DNA from: a virus | Lineage: Duplodnaviria > Caudoviricetes | IMG/VR virus record: IMGVR_UViG_3300042981_000082 | Location: 1-57,320 of that record | Reading direction: 5' to 3' (one strand) | DNA length: 57,320 bases | Shown: positions 44,772 through 54,351 of the stretch, one piece after another | Position numbering within the stretch: position 1 is the stretch's first letter | Layout: the number at the start of each line of letters is the position of its first letter | Made by a program: the position numbers and the translations under genes | Notes under the pieces: generated by a model | Seen by the model: the letters and a program-made list of their open reading frames with translations, nothing else | Databases searched by the model: none | Told to the model about the DNA's origin: nothing

Positions 44772-45067
44772 ACGTAGACGAGGCAATGAGCATTGTGGTG
44801 CAGGGCGTCGTGGCGTCAGCAGTGCGTGAGCAGTTGAACTGGGAGAACTACCCGGAGATCGGAGAACGTGACTGGGAAGAGATTCGGCGCCGGGCGTTGG
44901 CTGTCATGGTTCCCCCGATAACGTTCCGTGCGGCTTATGAAATCATCGCCGCACGGGCAGAGCATCTGCCGAGCTATCGTGGCCGACCACCATTCGAGGA
45001 CGCCATACTTGGGGACAACACTGGCCCCTCCGAAGAGGGGCCCGTGTCGCTGGTGGAGGGGTCGTGA
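44768..45067 (+). CDS. Hypothetical protein
   Basis: ATGA-coupled; WENYPEIGERDW. Confidence 0.6.
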   Translation: MNVDEAMSIVVQGVVASAVREQLNWENYPEIGERDWEEIRRRALAVMVPPITFRAAYEIIAARAEHLPSYRGRPPFEDAILGDNTGPSEEGPVSLVEGS

Positions 45068-45072
45068 ACGGA

Positions 45073-45945
45073 TTAGAACGCCGCGTCGTTGGCAGCGCCA
45101 GCGCGATCCAGTGCAGCGTTGGTGCCATCGCCGACGATGCCGTCGATGTCTCCGGTGTAACCGTACCGCGCAGCAAGCCAGCGCTGCATCGCCTTGTAGG
45201 TGTTCTCGCCGGGGTCGCCGTCAACCGGGCCGGTGTAGCCCCAGTTGGCCTTGAGGAAGCGCTGCATAGCTGCCCACGTGCCCTGCCCAGGGTCGTTGTC
45301 GATGGCACCGGTGTAGCCGTAGAGCGCCTTGAGCATCTGCTGGATGCCAGCCCATCCGCCGCCACCGGTTGGTGGAGCAGGAGGAGCCGCCGGGAACAGC
45401 GCGGCATCCGTGGCGGGACCATAGACGCCATCGATGTCCAGACCCTTCTGCTTCTGGAACTCGGCGACAGCCGCCGTGGTGTCCTTGCCGTAGATGCCGT
45501 CAACTCCGCTGGAGCCGATGCCGATTCCGGCGTTCACCAGAGCCTGCTGGACATCGCTGGTTGGGCGGCTGGTGATGTTGCCGACCTTGCCACCGCCGGA
45601 GCTTCCGCCGCCAACGTAGATGAAGTGCACGGGGTCGCTGTTGGGCAGATTGTGCTGCCAGCCGAAGTCGCCACAGTGCTGCGCGAATCGGTTGTAGTCC
45701 GTGGTGTCAACGGCATGACCGCCGACGTGCGGACCCGATGCGGCAGGCATGTAGGGCTGATAGAGGTACGGAGGCCGGTTGTAGGTGCCGCCCTGATACC
45801 ACCGGTCGATGAGGTCCTGTTGCTCCTGGACCGTGCGGCCAGCGTCGGTGATGTCGAGCACACCGTACTGAGCCTCGTAGGCGTTGAGTGCATCCGCAGC
45901 CGCGTCGTCGAGCCAGTAGCTAGGGTGATTGGCCAGATACTTCAT
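45073..45945 (-). CDS. Endolysin: M15-family peptidase plus peptidoglycan-binding domains
   Basis: RTVQEQ..L, SGPHVGGHAVD, DPVHF; VDGIYGKDT..AVAEFQ...GLDIDGVYGPAT; three GYTG.IDG repeats. Confidence 0.9.
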   Translation of the reverse strand: MKYLANHPSYWLDDAAADALNAYEAQYGVLDITDAGRTVQEQQDLIDRWYQGGTYNRPPYLYQPYMPAASGPHVGGHAVDTTDYNRFAQHCGDFGWQHNLPNSDPVHFIYVGGGSSGGGKVGNITSRPTSDVQQALVNAGIGIGSSGVDGIYGKDTTAAVAEFQKQKGLDIDGVYGPATDAALFPAAPPAPPTGGGGWAGIQQMLKALYGYTGAIDNDPGQGTWAAMQRFLKANWGYTGPVDGDPGENTYKAMQRWLAARYGYTGDIDGIVGDGTNAALDRAGAANDAAF

Positions 45946-46015
45946 GCGTATTTCCTTTCAATTCGAGGGGATCGATCCTTTACAGACGATCCTTGCACAC
46001 TGTGATCTGGAGGAC

Positions 46016-46417
46016 ATGATGGCAACACGAAAACGCACGGTCCAGAACTTCCCGAAGATGAAGGATCGGCACAAGGGGAGAATGATCCGCAAGGCACGAC
46101 GCGAATTCCTGGCCAACCCAGGGGATGTATTCAAGCGGCTCACCGGGGCATTCTCGGCGGCTGTCGGCGTCATCGGGTTGTGGGCAGAACAGATTGGCGA
46201 GGCAATGAAGGGATTTGGTGAGGCACTTGGACAAGCCAGAGGTGGCATTCATGGAGGGGTTCGAGGCCCTGGCGACCTTGGCCTCGACGTTCACCGGGGT
46301 CAAATCGGAATACCTCCGGCAGGGCTGGAGCGAGCACATGGCGGAGATGATGACGCTCCAGACCTTCAAGTACATGACGGCACAACTCAAGCAGAACGGC
46401 GTGAACGCGCCCACTGA
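46016..46417 (+). CDS. Hypothetical basic protein (3' half doubtful)
   Basis: GGAGGA RBS, MMATRKRTVQNF...; overlaps the alternative ORF 46215-46427. Confidence 0.45.
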   Translation: MMATRKRTVQNFPKMKDRHKGRMIRKARREFLANPGDVFKRLTGAFSAAVGVIGLWAEQIGEAMKGFGEALGQARGGIHGGVRGPGDLGLDVHRGQIGIPPAGLERAHGGDDDAPDLQVHDGTTQAERRERAH

Positions 46418-46427
46418 ATCTGAATAG
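46215..46427 (+). CDS. Hypothetical protein
   Basis: GC3-biased frame ...EALATLASTFTGVKSEYLRQGWSEHMAE... Confidence 0.45.
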   Translation: MVRHLDKPEVAFMEGFEALATLASTFTGVKSEYLRQGWSEHMAEMMTLQTFKYMTAQLKQNGVNAPTESE

Positions 46428-46474
46428 ACTGGTCGGGATCGGTTACATTGCTCTCCGTTCTGTCCCGATCACAA

Positions 46475-46508
46475 AGGACCCCCCAGGTTGATCCGCCTGG
46501 GGGGTCCT
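46475..46508. terminator. Bidirectional terminator
   Basis: 13-bp stem aggaccccccagg/cctggggggtcct with T-rich flanks on both strands, between convergent genes. Confidence 0.75.
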
Positions 46509-46521
46509 GCTTTCTGTTGTT

Positions 46522-47004
46522 CTATACCGCTGTGCCCATGGCATCGCGCCAGGTCGCTCCGTCGCTCCAGGCGGGCTTTTGCAGCGTCGTGTCGTAGTAG
46601 GTGCCACCGGCTCCTGCCGAGGCCGCAGTCGGGCGGCTGCCGGTTGCCAGCGGCTGGAAGGGGCGATGGAATTCCCAGTGTCCGTCACCGCCGGAGGTGC
46701 CGACGTAGACCGGGGATTGTCCAGCAACTGGAACGCCGCTCGGGTTGGACACGTCGGACAGCTGCTGGAGCTTGAGCGTGACGTTGCCGGAGAGGATGAA
46801 CGGGTCCTCGTTGGTCCCGCTGCCCAACAGCACCAGGCCGAGCGTTGTCGTGTTCGCCACCGAGAACGAATCGCTCAGGCTCGCGCCGGTGTTCGTGATC
46901 TGGAACGGGCTAGCCGCCGTGCCGATACCGGTAATCCCAATGCCATTGCCAGCGATGATCTGGCAGCCGCAGGTCGATCCACTGCAATTACAGTTGCGAG
47001 CCAT
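46522..47004 (-). CDS. Minor tail protein
   Basis: Cys-rich N-terminus paralogous to 47765-48445; C-terminal RPTA...YYDTTLQKPAWSDGATWRDAMGT. Confidence 0.75.
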   Translation of the reverse strand: MARNCNCSGSTCGCQIIAGNGIGITGIGTAASPFQITNTGASLSDSFSVANTTTLGLVLLGSGTNEDPFILSGNVTLKLQQLSDVSNPSGVPVAGQSPVYVGTSGGDGHWEFHRPFQPLATGSRPTAASAGAGGTYYDTTLQKPAWSDGATWRDAMGTAV

Positions 47005-47014
47005 GTCCCTATCC

Positions 47015-47761
47015 CTACTTCGTCGTTACCCACGCGCCGCTGACACGTGCGTTCATGATGATGGTTTTCCAGGCTCCGGCGTCCCGGATCCTCCAGCTGG
47101 CCGATGACCACGCTGCGCTCACCCGGATGTGCCCACCGCCGGTGATGGTGTACGGGCCGACCTGGGAGATCGGGCCGGAGCCAACGCCATTGATCGCCCA
47201 GACCCGGAACCGGTAGCTGCCTGGTGGCAGGTTCGCATAGGTGTAGGTTCCGCTGACGTTCGACACATTCCCGGTCCACGCTCCGCCGTCCTTGGAGTAC
47301 TGGATCGTGTAGCTGGAGATGGCCGAGCCGCCGTTGTCGGCAGGGGCGATGAAGGTCACCTTGGCGCTGGAGCCGGTGATCAGCACGGCGAGGTTGCGAA
47401 CCGCTCCCGGTGCCTTGGCGATGCGCGGCGCGCTGCCCGACTGGCTCCAGCCCACCGGGCCTGCATAGGTCTGCGTGCCGGTGTCGTTGACGTAGGCCGA
47501 GATGGTCCAGTTGAGGTAGCCGTTTCCGTCATGGCCGATGTTGACGTTGTAGTTGGCGATCTCGATGCTTGAGCCGTCGAAGCTGAACGTGCCCGAGTTG
47601 GCGTAGGAGCTCCACCCGATCCCGGATGCATAGCCGGACCAGCCACTGTCGGCGATGGCGTAGATGTGGATGTTGAACGTCGAATAGTTCCCGGCCTGGT
47701 TCTGGCTGAGAAGGGTCACATCCAGGTAGAAGGTGGAGTGCCCCGAGCGCGCTGAGGACAT
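47015..47761 (-). CDS. Minor tail protein with fibronectin type III domain
   Basis: SQNQAGNYST N-terminal domain; APGAVRNL...APADNGGSAISSYTIQY...YRFRVWAINGVGSG. Confidence 0.82.
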   Translation of the reverse strand: MSSARSGHSTFYLDVTLLSQNQAGNYSTFNIHIYAIADSGWSGYASGIGWSSYANSGTFSFDGSSIEIANYNVNIGHDGNGYLNWTISAYVNDTGTQTYAGPVGWSQSGSAPRIAKAPGAVRNLAVLITGSSAKVTFIAPADNGGSAISSYTIQYSKDGGAWTGNVSNVSGTYTYANLPPGSYRFRVWAINGVGSGPISQVGPYTITGGGHIRVSAAWSSASWRIRDAGAWKTIIMNARVSGAWVTTK

Positions 47762-47764
47762 GGC

Positions 47765-48445
47765 TTACCAGCTGATCCAGATGGAGCCATCGGGGACGTT
47801 GCCTGGATCGGCCTGCTGGATGTAGAAGGCGTGGCCGAGGATGCCACCGACGCCGAGCATCTGATCCTGGCCGGTGATGGTCGTGCCCGGCTGGCTGTGC
47901 GCGGACGGCGGGAAGGTCGTTGGCTTGTTCGTGATGTTCGACCAGTCCACGGACAGGCCGCTTCCCGGCAGCGCGCGGAGGTTTCCAGCCGAGTCGGCGT
48001 AGACCTCCAGGCCGGTTGTCGGGCCTCCCTCGTTCGTGCCGACCAGTGCCACCTTCAGCGGCGTGGCTGCGGCGCCGGTGCCCGTGATGCCGGTGGACAC
48101 GTTCACCGTTCCGGCTGGGGCGACCGAGGGGATCTTGAACTCGAACGCCGAGCCGTTCCACACCGGGGACTCACCGACCGATGGGCCACCCTCGGGATCG
48201 TTGATATCCGACAGCCCGGTCAGCGGCATGGTGGCATCCGCGCGGAGGATGAAGCGATCCTCCGGTGTGCCCGAGCCGAACAGGGTGAGGTTGACCGTGG
48301 TCGAGTCCTGGACGGAGAACGACTCGCCCAGCGCGTTGTCAGCCGAGAGGATGTATGGCGATGTCGCCGTGCCCGATCCGGCGACCGATGCGCCGGGACC
48401 GGCCTGGATGACGCAGTTGCATCCGCTGTCGCTGCACCCTGCCAT
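47765..48445 (-). CDS. Minor tail protein
   Basis: GCNCVIQAG...GSGTATSPY; DWSNITNKPTTFPPSAH motif of tail fibres. Confidence 0.78.
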   Translation of the reverse strand: MAGCSDSGCNCVIQAGPGASVAGSGTATSPYILSADNALGESFSVQDSTTVNLTLFGSGTPEDRFILRADATMPLTGLSDINDPEGGPSVGESPVWNGSAFEFKIPSVAPAGTVNVSTGITGTGAAATPLKVALVGTNEGGPTTGLEVYADSAGNLRALPGSGLSVDWSNITNKPTTFPPSAHSQPGTTITGQDQMLGVGGILGHAFYIQQADPGNVPDGSIWISW

Positions 48446-48546
48446 GGGAACCTCCGAATCTCACCGGAGGGCGGATTCGCACCGTCATGGCTCCGGTCCT
48501 AGTGTGGGCTGGCCGTCGTACAGGAACAGACTACAGGCGGGACGGC

Positions 48547-48831
48547 TTATATCCCGACGATTTTGTTGCCGATGATGAAGCCGTTGATCGAGGGGATCAG
48601 ATAGACGCGATCACCTTTGACCGGCGTGTAGTCCGCGCTGTATGGCATCCCTGGCTGGCGCACGAAGCTCTCGCCATCGACCTTCACCAGCGGGTTTCCA
48701 GTTCCTGACCATGACGCATCGACGGTGCCGAATTGTACACGCGCGGCGATGGGACGCCGGTTGAGGTTCTCCATCGTCTTTGCCTGGTCACGCAGGTACT
48801 GTTCGGTTGTCATCGGCTTGGGCCTGCTCAT
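48547..48831 (-). CDS. Small minor tail protein (OB-like)
   Basis: GTVD...PLVKVDGE...YTPVKGDRV.L.......IIGNKI. Confidence 0.65.
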   Translation of the reverse strand: MSRPKPMTTEQYLRDQAKTMENLNRRPIAARVQFGTVDASWSGTGNPLVKVDGESFVRQPGMPYSADYTPVKGDRVYLIPSINGFIIGNKIVGI

Positions 48832-49925
48832 GCGATGATCGCTCCAATCGGCGCAGGTGACATGCTCACCTGGATCTTCTCGCCCTTGTCATCCTCGCTC
48901 ACGGTCACGGAGTCCAGCTTCTGCCACTGCATGACGAGCTTGCCGTTGATCGTGGCACGTACCGGGATGAACACCCCGGGCACCAGGTCGCCCAGCTGCA
49001 AGGTCCCGTTCGGATTGATCGTGGAGTTGTCCGACACGCGGATCAGCACGGGTGCCGGGTTGTGACCGGCGAGGTTCGCCAGGGCCTGGCTGTCCAACTC
49101 GGCCTGTGTCGGAGGTGGGCCATCGGCTGATTCCTCGGAGGGGGATTGCAGTGCCTCCCACTCGCCGTAGTAGTCATCGATGCCACCCGCTGAGCCGAAG
49201 TTTCCCTGGCCGTCCGTGGAGATGGAGTGCGTGATCAGTTCGCTGCCGTAGCTGGAAACGATCAACCCCTCGCCCAGGAAGTCGTTGTCGGTCAGCGCCG
49301 GGGTCTGGCCGATGTTGTTGTCCGTGTCCCAGAAGATGATCCTGCGACCGACCGTTGTGTAGTCCATCCCCGACTTCGCCGCCATGTCGTCGATGTCGCC
49401 GAACAGCGTTTTCTCGTAGGGCTTGGTCACCCGCGAGGTCTTGGCGTCGTCGGGGGTCTGCACGTAGAGCACGTGGGGCAGCACGTTGATCGGCGGGTCG
49501 AGTGCTTCCTTGCGAGCAAGCTCCGCGTTCATCATCGTCTTGGCCCGGTCGATGACATAGGCGATGTTCGGGTAGGCGTTGGAGTACGCCGCGTGCAGCA
49601 CCGTCTTAGCCATGTAGTAGGTCACGTCGGAGGCGTCCAGCGAGTAGCCGCTGGCCTCGTCCGTGGTGATGCGGATGGGGCCTTCCCACGCGCGCTCCTC
49701 GCCACGATAGATCACGACCTCGTGCCGACCGGCGGAGATGCGATCCAGTGCCGCACGCTGTGAACCGCATGCGGCACTGGAGATCTTGATCGTCGCCTGG
49801 GAGGTGTCGTCCCTGGTGCGCTCGTATTTGACCGAGGTGACGTTGACCAACTCGTCCAGGCGCTGGACGCCACCGCGATCATGGATGAACACACGGTGCT
49901 TGGAAACGCAGGCGATTGCCACCAC
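48828..49925 (-). CDS. Minor tail protein (Tal/hub-like)
   Basis: 365 aa after the Dit-like gene; HEVVIYRGEERAWEGPI, DLVPGVFIPV. Confidence 0.8.
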   Translation of the reverse strand: MVAIACVSKHRVFIHDRGGVQRLDELVNVTSVKYERTRDDTSQATIKISSAACGSQRAALDRISAGRHEVVIYRGEERAWEGPIRITTDEASGYSLDASDVTYYMAKTVLHAAYSNAYPNIAYVIDRAKTMMNAELARKEALDPPINVLPHVLYVQTPDDAKTSRVTKPYEKTLFGDIDDMAAKSGMDYTTVGRRIIFWDTDNNIGQTPALTDNDFLGEGLIVSSYGSELITHSISTDGQGNFGSAGGIDDYYGEWEALQSPSEESADGPPPTQAELDSQALANLAGHNPAPVLIRVSDNSTINPNGTLQLGDLVPGVFIPVRATINGKLVMQWQKLDSVTVSEDDKGEKIQVSMSPAPIGAIIA

Positions 49926-52900
49926 TACTCCTGACTCGTCAGCGCCAAGCTTACTGTCAGGTCATCGGGGGCCGTCGTCGGCACATCGACCGTCATCGTG
50001 TAGCCGACACCGCACGAGAGGCTGGGCCAGGTCATCGGTGCGCCACCGGTGCCATAGAGCAGGTTGGACGCTGGCTGGGGAGCAGCACCGGCCACGGATG
50101 CGTAGGCGCGCTCGACCGTGCCATCCACCGTCAACTCCGCCTCGGCTGGCAGGTAGCTCAGGATGAACTCGGCACAGTAGCTGCACGGGTCCAACTCCTC
50201 CGGTGGCCTGTCGAACGGATTGGCGAAGAAGCGCACCCGGATCGAGCGCACCTCCTGGGTGGCCGAGTTGATCGTGACCGTGGGCAGCGTCTGGCTCCAC
50301 GCCGCCACGTCCTCGGGATGGATCTCCAGGTAGTAGCGCAGCCAGTCGGTGGGCACGCTCAGGCACGGGTTATCCACAACCGGGGCTGTGGGCTTGGGAG
50401 GAGGCTGTGGACAACTCGGATCGACGATGGGCGCATCCGAGGGATCGACCGGGCAGTCAGCCACGTAGACCACCTGCGAGGTGGACAGGTCAGCGCCGCC
50501 GGTCCAGCTGTAGGTGTACGCCGGAGTGTCGGTCATCCCGCCGTCGAAGTAGGGCAGCACGGTGAATCGACCTTCGGTGATCACGACGCCGGTTGCATAG
50601 AGGTGCTGCGTCTCGCCGTCGTCCACGACTAGCGCGAGACCCGCCGTGGTCGCCCCAGCCGGTGCCAAGCCGGAGATGGCGATGCGTCGCCATTCACCGA
50701 TCTGCAATGTGAACGAGGTAACCTCGGAGTTGTCAGCGCCTGGGAACACGAGCCAGGCGTTGAGCGAGATGGGATCGCTTGCCTTCACCCACACCGATGC
50801 GCTGTACCACTGGCCGGGGGTGACAGGCACGGAGCCGGGCGTTGCTGCTCCGCTGATATCAACGCCATAGCTGATCGCGGCCAGGTTGGATGCGCCCCAT
50901 TGCGAGTCGAAGTAGTTCTGGATGTAGGGCGTGGGGCCTCCGTGGATCTGGATCGTCGAGGGGCCGAAGCCGTACCAGTAATTCCCGACGAACGCCAGCT
51001 TCGGGTTGGTCGCCAGGTTGATCCTGGTGTAGCCCGTGTCGCTGTACTCGGCCAGCGGATAGTCGTTCAACGGCGAGAACTGCACAAGCTCTTTCGTCGC
51101 ACCGTAGGCGGCAGGGCTTCCCGCCGTCATGAAGAACTCGATCTCTTTGGCCGCGCCGTTGGCGAGCTTGTAGTCGCGGATCACGCTCGGGCCGGATGTG
51201 ACCGTGACCTCGTGATAGCTGCGCTCGAACCTCTCGGCCTGCTTCTCATCGGGGATGCGCGTCTGACCGCCGACGATGTAGGTCGAGGTCGAGAAGCTGC
51301 CGACGATGACAGAGATGAATGCACGCCAATCTGTGCCACAGATCCAGGGCAGCTGTGCGGTGTGCTCGATGCCACCTCCTGGCTCGTCCGACTTCTCGTA
51401 GAAGTCGCCGATCCATGACCACCGGGACGGTGACAGGTTCGGCTCGCCGAGCCATGACAGCGTGTAGTCGGATCGGATCGCACCCGGCATGGGCAGACCG
51501 TCCGCGTCGTCGCCGTCGAAGTAGTCCAGGAGGGTGTGTGCCTGCTCGAACAGCACCTGGTCGATGTCGAATCCGCCATAGTCGCTGTAGAGGCTGATCC
51601 CCGAGTTGCGGCCATTGGGGACCTGCACTGAGTACCGGGTCCACTCGGGTGTCAACTGGATGACCTGCTGGATCGAGTCGGAGCCGTCCTGCTGGACGAA
51701 GAAATAGACCTGCGCGTTGTCCATCGAGCGCAGATAGAGCGAGACCTGGGCGACGCCGAACAGGCCGTTGACCGGCACGTAGGCATTGCGCGACAGCTGC
51801 ACGCTGGGATATGCGGAGAACAGGCTGGCGTACGCTCCGTCGTCCACGCCACCCGTGGGGATGCGCACGGCTGAAAGCAGGTCACCACTTGCCAGGGAGT
51901 CGGAGTTGTCCGGCGTTCCCTCCCAGGTGTAGAAGATGCCATCCACCGCTGGCGTGTTGCCGTCGAAGTACTCTCCGGTGTAGGGGTGATCAATGTCCGG
52001 GATGTCGATGATCGCCATGTACTGGACATCCAGCTGGTCGCCTCGAACGAACCCATCGCCAGCCCTGCCGACGAAGCCCACGGACGGACCAGTGCCGGAG
52101 TTGACAGCCGTGTAGTTCAGTGTCTGCCACTGCCCCGCCAAGACTGGGTAGATTGTCTCGCCACCGACGCCCTGGCCCTGGTTGATGCGCAGCCGGATGT
52201 TGCCGTTCCACGACGTGCGGAAACGGGTGACCATCGTATACGCCGCACCAGATACCAGGCCGACGACGAGGCTGGCCCCCCATGCCGAGCCGCCCTGGCC
52301 AATGATGTAGCTCGCCCCGATCCCATCGTCGAAGTGGTTCTGGAACCATTTGCCCTGGATGTCTGAGGTCGTGGTGTTCGTCGGGACAAGGCCCTTCTGG
52401 AAGCTGGTCGATGCGTTTGGTGTTCCATTCCAGGCGAACGTGAAGGTCTCGTCCGGCGCAGACGAGCCGTCGAAGTATGGACCAGGAAGCGAGCCGTCCT
52501 CCATCATCACGGCGTCGAACGCGATCTGATCACCGATCAGAACGGGGTCGACGACGTTGATCGAGATGATCGCAAACGTGGTCAGGGGCGGAGCTATGGC
52601 GCTAACGACCATCCGCTCGCGATCCGTCGTGATGGTGGTGGAACTGGCAGTTCCAGTCACCCCTCCGCTGTTGGCGAAGAGTATCTGGATATTGGTGGCA
52701 AACGACTTGTTGACGGCCATCTTGTAGGCCGAGAAGGTGTAGGCGTTTCCGGCCACCACCGGCAACGGATCCGTGTTGATAGCCATCCCCGTTGCGTTCG
52801 AGGTCGCTGTCATCAGTCCACGGCGAGTGCCGAATACCGCTTCCGAACTGACCTGGGACACGAGCGTGCAGAATGAGACGCTCCACTGCGTTGCGTCCGT

Positions 52901-54343
52901 TTCGAAGTTCGGGTTGGGAATGTAGTTCGTGCGCACATTCACGGCAGCCCCGGTCTTGCGGAAGTGGGGGTTGGCGAACTCGTTGCGGTTGATAATCAGC
53001 ATCGAGCTTGAGATCACCTGGAGGCTGCGTGAGGCATTCACCGTGCCATCCCACTCATATGTGAAGTTCTGATCGGCAGGCGTGTTTCCGTCGAAGTAGT
53101 CGCTGGCAACCGGGCTGTTCTCCATCATCGCGTTATCGACGTAGAACACCATTCCACTCTGGGCAGAGTAGACCGAGAAGCGCATCGGGTCGGTGTCCGG
53201 GTTGTGTCCAGTGAACTGCACGCGCTGCCAGGCTCCGTTCCCAGTGAACTGCGCGGAGGTGTCAACGACGTTCACGCCAGCCTTGACCAGGATGAAGTCG
53301 GAGCCGATCAACGCACCGACCGGTGCCTTGAAGTAGAAGGATACCGTCACGGGCCGGTCAGCGCGTGCGCTGGTGGCGGGGCTGATCGTCGGCGAGATGG
53401 CACCGCGCCCCAGCGCGCTAGCCCCGACCTGCATGCAGGCTGGCGAGGACACGAAGTCCCCGGTGTAGCGCGTGGCGGAACCGCCATTCAGCGGGGTCCA
53501 GTCCATGAGCGCCGCGCCGAAGTTCGGGTTCGTCATGTAGTTCGTGTTGACCGTCCTGGTCGTTCCAGGCTCATACGAGTTGAACTGCCAGCCGCGCAGA
53601 TCCTCGGTGAAGGATGGGTTGGCAACGTAGTTCGTGCGCTGCGACATGAACGGGCCGAAGTGCGAGATCTCTTTGGACGACTCCCCGAGCATCTGGCCGT
53701 ACTCGAAGATCGTTCCATCGGTGGGCGGGATGACGAACGTGCCCTGGAGACGCGCGTCGGAGGTGGGCCGGGGCAGGATCAACGGGGAGGAGTCCGGGGT
53801 GATCGGGCCGGTGAACTGCTGGAAGCTGAATCCACCAGACTCGTCGTAGCAGTCCTCGATGATCGGGCAGGCCGAGTAGTAGCAGATCGTGGAGCCACCA
53901 CAGGAGCCGCCGTGCTCCGAGCACGGTGCCGGGTCAAGCGCCGCCTGGAGCCAGACCAGTCCGGCGGAAACGGCGTCCTCGTCCTCGCCCACCAGCACGC
54001 CACGAACACGCATCCCGCGCGTGGCCTTGCGCAGACCGTTGACGAATCCGCCAGCGCCGATGGCCTCCACGACGGTGCCGGTGGTCGTTGACCCCTCGAA
54101 CTTCTCGAACTCCAGCGGGTAGAGGCCGAAGAACTTTCCAGTTGCTGCATTGGCCGGATCGAACCACGGCGCGTCATCGACGATGGGCGATGTGTAGGGG
54201 AGGTGCCCGAGAGCCAGGTGCAGCGTGCCGCACTCCACGCAATTCTGCAATGGGAAGGTGGGCATCACATTGTCGATATACGCCTTGGTGCGCTCGGCGT
54301 TGACGATCTCGACACCCGCCATTTGCAGGAATCCCTGGTACAC
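49925..54343 (-). CDS. Large minor tail protein (evolved Dit) with five carbohydrate-binding-like modules
   Basis: 1472 aa right after tape measure; five N...NP.(F/L) openers and five YFDG...W.G...S closers. Confidence 0.82.
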   Translation of the reverse strand: MYQGFLQMAGVEIVNAERTKAYIDNVMPTFPLQNCVECGTLHLALGHLPYTSPIVDDAPWFDPANAATGKFFGLYPLEFEKFEGSTTTGTVVEAIGAGGFVNGLRKATRGMRVRGVLVGEDEDAVSAGLVWLQAALDPAPCSEHGGSCGGSTICYYSACPIIEDCYDESGGFSFQQFTGPITPDSSPLILPRPTSDARLQGTFVIPPTDGTIFEYGQMLGESSKEISHFGPFMSQRTNYVANPSFTEDLRGWQFNSYEPGTTRTVNTNYMTNPNFGAALMDWTPLNGGSATRYTGDFVSSPACMQVGASALGRGAISPTISPATSARADRPVTVSFYFKAPVGALIGSDFILVKAGVNVVDTSAQFTGNGAWQRVQFTGHNPDTDPMRFSVYSAQSGMVFYVDNAMMENSPVASDYFDGNTPADQNFTYEWDGTVNASRSLQVISSSMLIINRNEFANPHFRKTGAAVNVRTNYIPNPNFETDATQWSVSFCTLVSQVSSEAVFGTRRGLMTATSNATGMAINTDPLPVVAGNAYTFSAYKMAVNKSFATNIQILFANSGGVTGTASSTTITTDRERMVVSAIAPPLTTFAIISINVVDPVLIGDQIAFDAVMMEDGSLPGPYFDGSSAPDETFTFAWNGTPNASTSFQKGLVPTNTTTSDIQGKWFQNHFDDGIGASYIIGQGGSAWGASLVVGLVSGAAYTMVTRFRTSWNGNIRLRINQGQGVGGETIYPVLAGQWQTLNYTAVNSGTGPSVGFVGRAGDGFVRGDQLDVQYMAIIDIPDIDHPYTGEYFDGNTPAVDGIFYTWEGTPDNSDSLASGDLLSAVRIPTGGVDDGAYASLFSAYPSVQLSRNAYVPVNGLFGVAQVSLYLRSMDNAQVYFFVQQDGSDSIQQVIQLTPEWTRYSVQVPNGRNSGISLYSDYGGFDIDQVLFEQAHTLLDYFDGDDADGLPMPGAIRSDYTLSWLGEPNLSPSRWSWIGDFYEKSDEPGGGIEHTAQLPWICGTDWRAFISVIVGSFSTSTYIVGGQTRIPDEKQAERFERSYHEVTVTSGPSVIRDYKLANGAAKEIEFFMTAGSPAAYGATKELVQFSPLNDYPLAEYSDTGYTRINLATNPKLAFVGNYWYGFGPSTIQIHGGPTPYIQNYFDSQWGASNLAAISYGVDISGAATPGSVPVTPGQWYSASVWVKASDPISLNAWLVFPGADNSEVTSFTLQIGEWRRIAISGLAPAGATTAGLALVVDDGETQHLYATGVVITEGRFTVLPYFDGGMTDTPAYTYSWTGGADLSTSQVVYVADCPVDPSDAPIVDPSCPQPPPKPTAPVVDNPCLSVPTDWLRYYLEIHPEDVAAWSQTLPTVTINSATQEVRSIRVRFFANPFDRPPEELDPCSYCAEFILSYLPAEAELTVDGTVERAYASVAGAAPQPASNLLYGTGGAPMTWPSLSCGVGYTMTVDVPTTAPDDLTVSLALTSQE

Positions 54344-54351
54344 GTATCCTC

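Noticed and set aside
46522-54343. Diversity-generating retroelement or invertible tail-fibre cassette
   Set aside because: No reverse transcriptase, recombinase or near-identical template/variable repeat pair was recognised.
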